64,000 nt of DNA, taken from positions 34,472,001 through 34,536,000 of the forward strand of contig NC_042999.1 in assembly GCF_006345805.1 (NCBI RefSeq), read 5' to 3'. This document shows positions 11,644-24,026 of this stretch, piece by piece. Numbering within the stretch: position 1 is the stretch's first letter; each line of letters begins with the position of its first letter. The notes under the pieces were generated by a model. The model had not been told where the DNA came from and did no database searches. It saw only the letters and a list, made by a program, of their open reading frames with translations. The stretch is from Octopus sinensis. Its lineage: Eukaryota. The position numbers and the translations under genes were made by a program.

Positions 11644-13110
11644 TCAACAAAAGCAATGTAACGCTCTAACAAATGTGTTTACGGAGCAACAATCAATATT
11701 CATTGTGAAACCATAATCCTTAATTTTTTTTAAAGACACAACGTCTTTGATATTTTCATTCCACGATTCGCTTTTGATTAGCAAGTCATCAAGAAGGTAA
11801 GGAATAGCAAATTGACAGTCTTCCAACAGCGCGTCCATCACCTGTTGACATAGTGCAGGTGCTACCTTCAGTTCAAAAGGTAGTATATGTATAGACCTCT
11901 GTGCGTGTAGACCATTAACAGTTTTGAGCATTTTTATCTACTTCGATTTGTAGATATGCGTCAGATAGATAGAGTTTTCAAAATATTTTTCCTCCGCTTA
12001 GTTTTGTAAAAATATTTTCTGGGGTCGGTAGTGGATAAAGTTCGTTAGATCTTTCCGGTTTGAACGGCAGTTTTTTCTTGCGGTGTCATATGAAATTGTC
12101 ACCCATAATTCTGACCCTAGAATCGATCTATTGTATTTCAATCTCTTTTAGGGTTAGGGTTAGAGTTATGGTTAGGGGCAGGGGAAGATAATTTTTTTTT
12201 CTTCGCAAATGTAAATAAACCCAATCTGTTTCTTAAACGAGGGACATATTCATACGGCACAGAATGCTTTTTAACTCAATAGACATCACTGATTGGTTGA
12301 AATTGCAGAAATTGAAGAAAAAAACAACAAATATCTTACAAACTATAGAATTTTCTCAATAAAGCCAAGAGAAAAAGATGTTTTATAAACACATTCTACC
12401 AGTATACGAAATTAAAATTTTTTTAGTTACGTAGAAATTATATTAAAAACTGCCGTTCAAACCGAAAAGATCCGGTTCGTTTTTCAACAGTCATTTTAAC
12501 CGGTCGAAAAATCGGCACACAACCTATGTTTTTTCTTATTTTTTATACGTACTGTCGGAGATACCCGTTTCGCGTAATTCACTTTTTCAACGATTCCGTT
12601 CATTTACAATCTGTCCAACTCATCGTCCACTTCCTTTATTGCTGCGAAAGGCACTTTCTTATTAGGCTTCAACACAATTGTAACGTTTCATCTAATTCAA
12701 AACACGCTGCAGTCTTTGTGTGACCTATTTTGTTCGAGAATACTTGCGGAAACTTTTTTTTTAAATTCCTCTTTAACTATTCAGACGATTTATTTTTAGA
12801 GGGACAATCATGTACGCTTATACAATAGAGACTTATGGGGAGGTCTCACAAATCGAATAATTCTAACCAATCGATACCAAACAACAGATCGGTTTGCTTG
12901 TTTTTCCTCGAAATATGATATTTATCGCCCATCACGCTGCGAGGAGATTTCGCTGATTTTCTCAACACAGGTTTCCCTATTTTTTTTCCATGTGCATATA
13001 TTATTATTGAAATATCACTTTACAGTATCCAATTGAATTCAAGATGTATTCCATTCATTTTTACGTGTATGAAATTTCTCATTTGCTAGTCGATTTTTGT
13101 TTCTGCGGAG
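11644..13110 (-). pseudogene. Second Gypsy pol remnant (protease + RT), opposite strand, split by a MITE
   Basis: Minus strand gives protease-like EFQLDTV..WKKIGKP..LFGIDWLELFDL, RT N-terminus [35 protein letters not shown], and LPFELKVAPALCQQVMD..YLLDDLLI. Confidence 0.88.
12047..12473. mobile_element. MITE with 27-bp TIRs, 8-bp TSD and internal TTAGGG-like repeats
   Basis: TIR 12048-12074 / 12446-12472 (1 mismatch); TSD agttcgtt (12039-12046) / ggttcgtt (12474-12481); ttagggttagggttagag near 12148-12175. Confidence 0.88.
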
Positions 13111-13399
13111 AACACTCTACGATTTTTAACGTTCGACTTTCCTATTTTGTGCTGCAGTGTGAACTCTTGAGACCAATTATTTTCCAACTATAACATTTTG
13201 ATTTTTAAATGAATAGCCTTTTCTGAAATGTATGCTCCCACATCCATGTGTGTGTGTGCGCGTGTGTGTGTATGTGTGTGCGTGTGGGTGTGTGCGTGTG
13301 TGTATACACACACACAAACACACACACACACACATATATATATAGGTATGTATGTATGTATGCATGTATGTAATATGTAAGTATGTATGTATGTATACA

Positions 13400-15330
13400 T
13401 GTATACACTGACTCTCTGGGATGACAAAAGGGGGGATCGACATTGTTAGCCGATTAAGTAAGAGTTTTCCAAAAACCTCATAGACGAATTCAAGAAGCAA
13501 GCTTATACCTCTGTAATTGCCACACTCGGATTTGGATCATTTTCCTTTGAAAAATAAAATTAAAATGGCATCAACCCAGTCCTTGGGAACAGGATCACCC
13601 AACCAGTGTCTGATATTAGATGGTGGAAGTCTACAGCAAGCTTATTACCCCAATGGACAAGAATTTCAATAGGAATACCGTCAAGACTTGATGCCTTCTC
13701 AGTATTTAATTATTTGTCTTTTTGGTCTCATCTATTTTTGGATGTTCCATCATCCCATGAATGATATCGTTTTGGGGCCGATTACTGATGACATTTTCAT
13801 GAATAACTTAAGGAGAGATTAATTAAGTGCTCAGTCCACCGTTTCATGATACCCTCATGATCCTTGACGACAAAGCAGCTGTCTTAGTGGTATCACAAAT
13901 GAAGACCGAGGACCAAACGCTTGTCCGATCAAGTGATATACTGTTTTCAGGTCTTTACTCTCATACGTTTTCTGTATTTTTTCAGAAAAATATCCGACGA
14001 ACATTTGTTTTTCATTTGTATCTTTCTTTGGAGTAATGATTTTATCCTTTTGAGAGACTGCAGTAAGGGTTTTTTTATCCTCATCTGGGGCACCGATGTA
14101 TACTTTTGCTGCAACTGATTTTTATCTTAATGAAGTTTATAGATCTGTAGATCGTTTTTATCAAACCAGTCCCGATGTTTTCTGTTCCTGAGGCCAAGAA
14201 ATTCAACTCCAGCATTGTAAATAATGGTCTTAAATTGAGCCCAAGTTCCATCAGATTTCGCTTCTCCAATAGCATTTCTAAGATTCACTTGCACCTCAGA
14301 GTCAACACATCAATAAAGTGGTCGTTTATTCCTCCAGATCATATTCTATGCATGTCACGGAGCTTCCAGTCCCACATTCTGCACCTCGCATGACTTGGAC
14401 GGTGCAAACATTTGGAAGGTTTCGTTTCCTGGTGATAAGGTAATCAGGAATATGCCTATATTTGGATCTTGGGTGCGTCAAAGTAGCTTTACGGATATCT
14501 TTCTGATGAAAAATACGTGTTTCAGATAATGAAATCAAGTTCAGTGCAGAGCTGAAGAGGATGGAGACCATTAAGCATTCATTTTGCCCAAACCATGTCT
14601 CCCTAGTGCATCCCAAGTCTCATAATCGCATCCAATACGGGCATTGAAATCGCATTTGGAACAGAAATCATAACCGATCTGAGATCTTCATAGAAAGCCA
14701 TAATAGATTCACTGCTACCATCAAGACTAGGAGCATGAACAGAAATAACACTCATAAACGATTGCATGATAGAGGAGCTGAGAAGATACATAATCCTATC
14801 ACTGAAACCATAAGGTTGTTCTGTTTTCTGGGTTAACTCGGTACGAATGGCAAACTCCCTACTCATTTTCACCCTTTAGTTTACTCTTCCAAAAGAAAGC
14901 GTATCCCGCACATGTTTCTGTCAATTGATCTTCATCACTCAACCGAGTTTCAGAGAGTGCAGCCATGTGAACGTTATACTGAGCCAACTCCTTGGCTATT
15001 ATGCCAGTTCGCCGTTCAGGGTTACTTCACCTTCCATGATCAAGAAGTGTCCTGATATTCTATACACCTACCCATAATCTATATTTCTTGCTTGTATGTT
15101 TTCTCTTTGTATTCCTTGTATTCCTCCTGCTGTAGTGAACAGCCGTCAGCCGCAGATTGCTGACCAGATTGATGGTAGAACAGACATTTGTTTGGATCAC
15201 CTTTCCTAGACCTTTCCCAGATTCTACCATAGAAACGGCTGCGCAGGCGCTCTCGGACACGCCAAAGCATGCTACTGTTCTTTCAACAATGCAGCGACGT
15301 TAGATGGGAACCGAGCCGCCCACATGCAGA
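13400..15330 (-). pseudogene. RTE-clade LINE 5' part (APE endonuclease to start of RT), decayed
   Basis: Fragments NIRTLLD..IAKELAQYNVHMAALSET, SDRIM..VISVHAPSLD..AFYEDL, HQKDIRKAT..HPRSK..DYLITRK..VMRGAEC and GKLLLNRL..VIPESQC. Confidence 0.85.
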
Positions 15331-15582
15331 TTCGTGACTATGCGTTCCCAGCTCGTTAAGCCTGCACATGTCGCCACCATTCCATCACCGTGGGACTTGA
15401 AGACATATCTGAACATTTAAATGTTAATGCTAAACGCTTGTACGGCACGTACAGCACCACTCCTCCCACTAAATCTTTTCTGAATATTTCTGTGTTATAA
15501 ACAGTGTCTTTCTTTCTTTGAGCGGTAGGAAGTTGTGTATTTTACATTAGGATATAGGGAATGTGTAACTTGCATAACTTAC

Positions 15583-16597
15583 CGAGTTATGAAAGCTGTT
15601 GCTTGATATATACTAAATCAATTTTAAATATTAATATATAGAAGCAAATTCTCAGTAAGTTGGGTTGTGCATGGAAGTGATTCATATTTGAAACCTAAAC
15701 ACATCGGGCAGACATGCATTTTTGGTTAAGAAGCTCTATTTGGTGCCATGGGGTTTCGAGTTCTATCCCAAAGCGCAGTGCTTTTGCCAGATAGCTTCTA
15801 ATACATCTCCCAGTCGACCAGTGCTTTGTGAGGGAATTCGGTAGGCCGAAACTGCGAGGAAGCCTGTGGCATATATAAACATATATGTGAAATTAGCGTG
15901 CGCATGTACGTGTGTGTGTTTATTTCTCCGTCACTTACAGAACGGTGCTTGTTTCTTTACGTCCTCTTAAACTAGTGGTTTGACGAAAGAGAACAGATTG
16001 GATACGTGCGTTGAACTGAACAAAAACAAACGAGAGGGCCGATTTGTTCGACTAAACATTGCAAGGCGGTACCCCAGTATGGTTGTAGTTCAATGACTGG
16101 AATAAAAAAACAGGTTTAAGATAACAGAGGCATCGGTTTAACAAACACCATCATCATCCTCATTCCCATCAGCAGTTGCAGCTGACACAACAGCATCGTT
16201 TTAAATCAGCTTTCTATGTTAGCATGCATTGGACACATTGCTCTTATCGCAATAATAAATTTTCGAGAACATTGCTTGCCAAGACGGCTTGTCTTACTAC
16301 ATCTCCCGCATGTTTCATGTTGGTGTGGTTTCAAAATTGAATTCCTTTCTCCAGTCCCACCTAGCACGTGAGAGTTGTCATGTACTTGTTGAAACTCTAG
16401 GGTTCTCTCAAACTTACGCTTTGTACAGAGTAAGAAACACTGCTTAAAAATGTGATGGAAGTAACTGGAACTTTTTTGCGACGAGTTCATATAGTAATTA
16501 ACAGAAAACTGAAGGCAGATTTCAAAATTCAATAAAATAAATTATTACCTGTTATTTTGCGAGTAGTAATTACGATGAATGTATTGACACCTTTGTC
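15583..16597 (-). other. Candidate chain of three small exons (16549-16597, 16418-16439, 15583-15612)
   Basis: Each is bounded by AG and GT (GTAATA, GTAAGT, GTAAGT); the spliced 101 nt are open in two frames. No protein recognised. Confidence 0.3.
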
Positions 16598-18244
16598 CTA
16601 TGGGAAATTGCCAAAAGAAGAAACAGCTCAAAATAATACAAATCTGTGAACCATTTGAGAAATCAAAATTTTAGTTTAAATCATTGTGAAATTATTTGTT
16701 ATGCACAAATTATATATTAAGAGGAGCATTATTATTTTTCATACATTGTTATAAGAATATCAGTTTAAGAGGGGAGGGGTTAGTTTATTATATCGACTAC
16801 AAGTGATTGACTAGTACTAAATTTTATCGAGCCCGAGAAGATGAAACACGAGGGTTTACCTCAGAGGTAATTGAAAGACCTTGCGGAGATGCTGCTAAGT
16901 ATTTTCTCTGCAGTGGTAACGATTGTGCAAGCTCTCCTCAAGAGGATGAGCAATAATACGACATACGATTCTACTGAATAGATTCAAACGCAATAAATTG
17001 GATTATGTCAGGTAGGGGTGGCATAATGTAATAGTTTCCAGCAGGTAGGGAAATAAAGAACAACAAATCCGAAAGTATTACTCATTTTGCCCCGGTTAGC
17101 CGTTTTACCCTCCCCAAAGCTACTTTCCCTTTTCGAAATGTTAGAAGCTCTCCGTCTTCATTATTTATTTTACTCCGTCTTCAGTCTCTATTTTATTTCT
17201 GTATCATAATGCTTGAAGTAAACTACAACGCACTTCTTTGTGTGTATGTGTGCATGTATGTATGTACGTGTGTGTGTGTGTGCGTAGGATGTCGAATGAA
17301 TTTCGTAGATGTAGTTACATACATGGCAGTTGTGAGGAAATCATTCATCTATTTTGACGACTGACTCCCAACTGTGAATATTTCCTTTAGAGGATTCGAA
17401 ACTATTTGCGTCAAATCACTCAGGCATTTGTCTATAGGAGTAAACTACACAACTAAGTAAAAAACAAAGACTTTAAATTATTTCAATTCCAAATTAATCA
17501 TGTTTCTCTAAAGTGAAAATGCTTTACTGATCTTGTATAAAAATAGTAACAAAGCATTTCAGTAGTTGAATGCACTGTGTGTAATTAAGAAAGTGATTAG
17601 ACATTTGCACCAAAGATTATTCATGGTACAAATTAGCAAACTCAGTATAGAGAATTATTAGTTGATTCTAATTCAGATTTTGAATAGAGTAAATACGTTC
17701 TTAATTTCTTTACTTCGAAATTGAAAAATCCATTGTCTAATAAAATAACGTTCGTGTTTCATTTGTATTCTCATCATTCATCAATTTCCAATACATCAAA
17801 TGCATAACGCATTCTGATTACACTTGCATGATTATATCTATGAGCAAATAGAAGACATAAAACAGAAAGCATTTACAATTATCATAATACTTTATCACGC
17901 AGCTTTTGAAAAGGCTTCGAAAATAGTAAACCTGTAAGATTCTTGGAATAGGGAAATATATTGAAAAACATATATACTGTTACTGTCGGCTTTTTTCTTT
18001 TCTGATATCAATGAAATATTTACAGAAGTTTCCTCAACAGATATACGAAGCGTTAAAATTATCTTTAACTTTTGTGATCCACATGTTTAGGTCATTACAC
18101 TGCTACCATGCTGGTGCAACGCCTTGACGAATGTTAGGCGAAGAGAATCGACCCCGGTACAATTTTTGGGAGCCTGTTAGTTATTCTATCGTTTGCTTTT
18201 ACCGAACCACAAACTTATGTGAACGTAAACACGCCAACAAAGAT

Positions 18245-18324
18245 TTTCAAGGGATGGGAGCATGACAAAGACAAATACAAATCAAACAACACACGCACGC
18301 AGGCACACACACACACAGATATAT

Positions 18325-18383
<59 letters not shown>

Positions 18384-18491
18384 GTATGCATACATATTTA
18401 TAGTTATATAAACATATATATATAATATATATATATATAATATATATATATACATATATATATATATAATATATATACATATATGTGTATA

Positions 18492-18545
<54 letters not shown>

Positions 18546-18565
18546 GTATGTGTATATACATATAT

Positions 18566-18609
<44 letters not shown>

Positions 18610-18613
18610 TATG

Positions 18614-18657
<44 letters not shown>

Positions 18658-18763
18658 TATATATATATTATCTATATATATATATATATATATATATTAT
18701 ATTATATATATTATATATGTGTGTGTGTGTGGTGTGTGTGTGTGTGCGTGTGTGTGTGTGTGT
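18245..18763. repeat. Compound (CA)n/(TA)n/(GT)n microsatellite
   Basis: Direct inspection. Confidence 0.95.
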
Positions 18764-18814
18764 GTTGGACAGATTGTAAATGAACGGAATCGTTGAAAAA
18801 GTGAATTTGAAAGT

Positions 18815-19170
18815 TTGAAATTTTAAATTTTGAAATCTGTGTAAAAAAAAACACATGTAACAATTAACATAGATGTACAAACTTAAAAAGTTCATCATGT
18901 TTCTGATAAACACTGTCGATGGAGTGGGAAATTTCAATATTTGTTGGGTCACAGTGGTTCATTCACAAATGGAGAGAAACCTAGATCAGTGTTTTGATAA
19001 AAATAAGACAATTTATGGGTGAATGCTGAAAACAATCAATAGAGAATGGTGTGAGAGTTATCCGAGGTTAAATGGACTGAACCTTCTTCAAAATAACAAA
19101 ACAGCACCAACGGCCAAAAGCTTGCGAGTTAGTTGGTAGACGAATACTGAAAGAAGCAAGTCGTGTATAT
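18815..19170. repeat. Left arm of ~350-bp inverted repeat flanking the Penelope element
   Basis: Reverse complement of ~23675-24026 with about 5 differences. Confidence 0.95.
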
Positions 19171-19308
19171 ACATACATACATACATGCATATATATATAT
19201 GTATATATATATAATATATTATATATATATATATAATATATATATTATAATATATATATATATATATGTGTATATACATATATATATATACATACATAGA
19301 TATATGTG

Positions 19309-19341
<33 letters not shown>

Positions 19342-19538
19342 GCACATATATATGTATATATATATGTTTGTATATATATATATATATGTATATATATATG
19401 TATATACATATATATATATTATATATATATATATATTATATATATAATATATATATACATATATATAATATGTGCACATATATATGTATATATATATGTT
19501 TGTATATATATATATATTATATATATATATGTATATAC

Positions 19539-19584
<46 letters not shown>

Positions 19585-19599
19585 ATATATATATAATAC

Positions 19600-19634
<35 letters not shown>

Positions 19635-19649
19635 GCAGATATATAATAT

Positions 19650-19724
<75 letters not shown>

Positions 19725-19730
19725 ATATAT
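19165..19730. repeat. Long (TA)n-rich microsatellite at the Penelope 5' junction
   Basis: Direct inspection; contains an internal ~45-bp duplicated unit with 'gtgcac'. Confidence 0.95.
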
Positions 19731-19836
19731 ACCTACAGAAGCCCACCTACAGAAGCCCACCACACCAGTTCGAAAATAGTCATACCAACAGAGCAGAACA
19801 CCACCAAGAAATCCAAACACACTCTACACCAGAAAA

Positions 19837-22505
19837 ATGCATTTAAAACGCACCCCACACTACCTACACCAACCCCAAAACACTTATAGGGTCCCACCAC
19901 ACCATTCCACGAACCTAAGAGCCACAACATACAATACTATAAAATACAACCCACATAACCAAACCAAAACGCTACTACCAAACATCCACCCCAGGAACCA
20001 ACCATATAACCATAACAAACAACAAATGCACTACGGAGGAAACAACTACCAACACAATATACCTGAGGAACTAAGACGGAACACTAGGTTCAACAACAGA
20101 CTCCAGAACAGAGCACCACAAACTCACTCTGACAATTATAACAACATGAGACAGATAAATAATAGCCTTGAACATAACTACACCAACCATTTTTTAGACC
20201 CCACACACAGGAACAGGGACACACGATGGCAAAGGACAAACAAAAGAAACCTCAGGTAATTAAGATAATCAATCTCTCAAACAAAGAACTTACACCTAAC
20301 GAAATAAGCATACTCTCCAAAGGACTTAAATTTACACCCACCCCACAACGTTCTAATTACTATGAAATGAAAGATGATATTTCGGAATTTTGCAGAAAAC
20401 TAAGACTCACCGAGGCATTTCAAGACAAACAATAGAGGAGGACTCAATAGCTAGAAACAAGAGCAATTACACCCCCACCAAAGGTAAGAATAAAGCCTTA
20501 GACCGCTATTGTGACTACATAACTAATTTCCCGTTTCAATTCATCAAGAAACAAAAACACAGACCTAACTTCAACAAAAGAGAATGGAACGACCTCATCA
20601 AACTAAGAGAAGACAAAACAATAACAATTAAGGAGGCAGATAAGGGCAACGCGATAGTAATAATGAATACAAACAATTATAAAAATTTAGTGCTATCCCT
20701 ATTAAGAGATGAAACGTATTATGAAAGGGCCCAACAGTATAACCAGCAAAAAATAATGCATAACCTTAGGACATTAATCAACACATACCAAGAAGGACTC
20801 ACGAACAAGGAGTATGAATACATCACTAACTTCAAATGCAAATCGAGTTTGTTCTATGGTATCCCTAAGGTACACAAAAGCCAAACCATTAGAGAAACGT
20901 GCAAAACATCCACCGACACACTCATCAAAATCCCTTCACACCAAATGATCTTAAACTAAGACCGATAATAGCAGGACCAGCATGTGAAACTCACCGCCTC
21001 AGCAATTTCTTAGACACACTTCTTAAACCTTTCCTAAAACACATCAAAAGCTACGTAAGAGACGATATAGATATGCTCAAACACCTCCCTAAAACAGTCA
21101 ATGAGAAAACCCTTCTAGTATCATTCGACATAGTTAATCTTTATTCTAACATCCCTCACAACCTAGGAATAGAAGCGATCACCTTCTGGCTGAATAACTA
21201 CCCCTTTGAACTCCCAACTCGCATAAACAAAGACCTTATAATAGAAGGACTTAGATTCATTTTAGAGAACAATTATTTTATTTTTGACAATGATTTCTAC
21301 AGGCAAAGATCGGGAACAGCGATGGGCACGCGTACTGCACCATCTTTTGCCAACCTAGTGATGGGATACCTCGAGAAAATACTATACCGGATGACACTCG
21401 AGAAATATGGAAACACCTTCGCCACCTATATCCATAACAACTGGAAAAGATACCTCGATGACTGTTTCATCATCTGGGACAAAGGTATAGAGAAACTTGA
21501 GGAATTTAAAATACTATTAAATGGAATAAATGACAATATACAATTCACGATGGACCACAACGAAAAAGAATTACCATTTTTAGACATCCTCATTAAGAAA
21601 ACCGGCAACAAAATAGAGACAGATATCTACTATAAACCGACAGACTCTAAACAGTACCTACCCTTTGATTCATGCCACCCACGACACACTAGAATGAATG
21701 TCCCTTTTTGTTTAGCTAGAAGGATTTGCACCATAATATCAGACACAAACACCCGACACACACGTCTCCAGGAACTTAGAACCACACTCACAAATAGAAA
21801 CTATCCACAGCCCCTAATAGACAGTGCAATCCAACGGGTACTTAAATTAAGTATAGAAGACCTGAGACAAACAAAACCAAAAAAACGAACAATTAAAACC
21901 CTTCCCTACATTTCTACACACAACCCACTCAACAATGAGGCCTTCAACACCATACTACAAAGCACAGCCCTACTAAAGGGAGACCCAAAGATGAACCGGA
22001 TCCTCGAAACACACACCATCATTAAAAGTAAAAGGCAACCAAAATCCTTGAAAAGGATTTTAACCCAAGCTACACTGCACTCAACATCAACCACAAAACC
22101 AGCAGTTAGAAAATGTCGAAGGCCCAACTGCGGAATCTGTGTCATCTTGAAAGAAGGATCAGAATTTATACTGGAACAAGGTCACCAGTTCACCATTAGA
22201 ACAAACTTCACCTGCGCATCAGAAAACTTAATTTACGTCATAACATGCGCAGGCTGCAATAGGCAGTATATAGCTTACGTAACAGGATGGCGGTGCATAA
22301 ATCACAAATTAGAAACCCTGATTACCGCAAAATACCGGTCAGCGGACACATAGATAGATGTGCTGGAAATGTAAATCCGAAATTTACAACTAACCCGCTC
22401 TATAAATTCAGTGACAACGCAACCTTCACACAACGCCAAAATAAAGAACTATATTTCATAAAAAAATTTAGACCAAGTTTAAACACCCTGGGCCAGGAAT
22501 ACTAA
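19837..22505 (+). pseudogene. Penelope RT-GIY-YIG polyprotein split by about 4 frameshifts (ORFs 19837-20259, 20226-20435, 20390-20959, 20899-22353, 22287-22505)
   Basis: PLE N-terminal motif IINLSNKELT..SKGLKFTPTP; ITIKEADKGNAIVIM; RT motifs LVSFDIVNLYSNIP, GTAMGTRTAPSFANL, RYLDD, LPFLDI; thumb YYKPTD..YLPFDSCHP; Cys motif CRRPNCGIC; LIYVITC..C.RQYI(G); GHI; ELYFIKKFRPSLN. Confidence 0.95.
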
Positions 22506-22674
22506 AACAAAAGATAAGTCCTCCGAAAAGGAGAAGCAAAATTCCACCACGACCGCTACTTCAAACAGACACTCACTCTGACGGAAATATACCTAAGTAA
22601 AAAAGGAAAAAAATTCTTTCGTGCAAATCTGACCCTGATACATACGATACAGCTAAGGGTCAGACCCGATTCTG

Positions 22675-23102
22675 ATTGGTCAACAAGTTGATGACGTCTA
22701 GCTCAGCTAGAATGGACAGGATACAAACAGGGGACAGTCATTAGTCAGAATATTGATGACGTCCTTTTCTGCTTGAATAGTCACCTAACAAGTACAGACA
22801 GGTGGGCAGATCTAATGTAGCTATAAGTCGTGATTGGGCAGAATCTGCATGACGTCCCGTTCTGCTTGACTAACGAAGCGACTGGTCAGGACAGGAAACA
22901 AACAAGAGGCAGTTATAATGCAGCGATTGGTCAAAATAATGATGACGTCCCGTTCTACTTGACTAACGAAGCGACTGGTCAAAACAAGAAAACAAACAAG
23001 AGGCATTTATAATGCAGCGATTGGTCAAAATAATGATGACGTCCCGTTCTACTTGACTAAAGCCACCTAACGAAACGATTGGTCAAAACGTTGATGACGT
23101 CA
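22675..23102 (+). promoter_or_regulatory. Array of six ATT(G/A)G-N12-TGACGTC composite motifs (CCAAT box + CRE/ATF-like)
   Basis: Pentamer starts at 22675, 22740 (ATTAG), 22833, 22926, 23020 and 23078; each is followed after exactly 12 nt by TGACGTC (last one is a perfect TGACGTCA). Regulatory function is inferred. Confidence 0.6.
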
Positions 23103-23485
23103 CGCTACGCTGATTGACCACCTAACAGGCATTATAAACCGAACACTTCACAAAAACATCAACAGAACCACCCAGCGAACATCCACCATGGGTCATCACA
23201 TTTGCTTAAGGTAAAAATGAATTCCTCGCTCTTTCGGAAACATCAATCTTCTGTATTGACCGATTTCCACCATTTTGATCTGTTTTTTGTATTGAATACG
23301 TATCGCCACCGTGGGCCACTGCATCGAACACTTTGAACATATACTTCAAACTATATATCAACTATACATGAACTATATATCAACTATACATGAACTCTCT
23401 CTAAGATGTCTGACTCCGTTGTGTATTATAAATGAATTTCTTGTGTTTGACGGCATGAGCTGTCTTTTTTTATATATAACTTTTT

Positions 23486-23520
23486 TTGATAAAGTTCATT
23501 TCAGGAACTGAAACATGTTA
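23486..23520 (+). ncRNA. Degenerate minimal hammerhead ribozyme of the Penelope pLTR
   Basis: ttgataa (CTGATGA with two transitions)-agttc-atttcag-gaact-GAAAC-ATGTT with palindromic AACATGTT. Confidence 0.6.
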
Positions 23521-23674
23521 TAATGTATATATATAAAAATTAAAAATTGTATAATACAGCAGCATTTTCGAACTTCATTTTTTACAAATATATATATATA
23601 TATATATTATATATATTTATATTTTATATATATATATATATATATGTATGTACTGTATTTATGTATGTATGTAT

Positions 23675-24026
23675 TACACGACTTGCTTCTTTCAGTATTC
23701 GTCTACCAAACTAACTCGCAAGCTTTTGGCCGTTGGTGCTGTTTTGTATTTTTGAAGAAGGTTCAGTCCATTTAACCTCGGATAACTCTCACACCATTCT
23801 CTATTGATTGTTTTCAGCATTCACCCATAAATTGTCTTATTTTTATCAAAACACTGCTCTAGGTTTCTCTCCATTTGTGAATGAACCACTGTGACCCAAC
23901 AACTATTGAAATTTCCCACTCCATCCACAGTGTTTATCAGAAACATGATGAACTTTTTAAGTTTGTACATCTATGTTAATTGTTACATGTGTTTTTTTTT
24001 ACACAGATTTCAAAATTTCAAATTTT
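23675..24026. repeat. Right arm of ~350-bp inverted repeat flanking the Penelope element
   Basis: Reverse complement of 18815-19170. Confidence 0.95.

Larger units (their letters stand above)
19731..23530 (+). mobile_element. Penelope-like retroelement, 5'-truncated, near intact
   Basis: RT + GIY-YIG coding region followed by a ~1-kb 3' pLTR-like region with a motif array and a degenerate hammerhead; 14-bp tandem duplication (acctacagaagccc x2) at the 5' junction. Confidence 0.95.
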
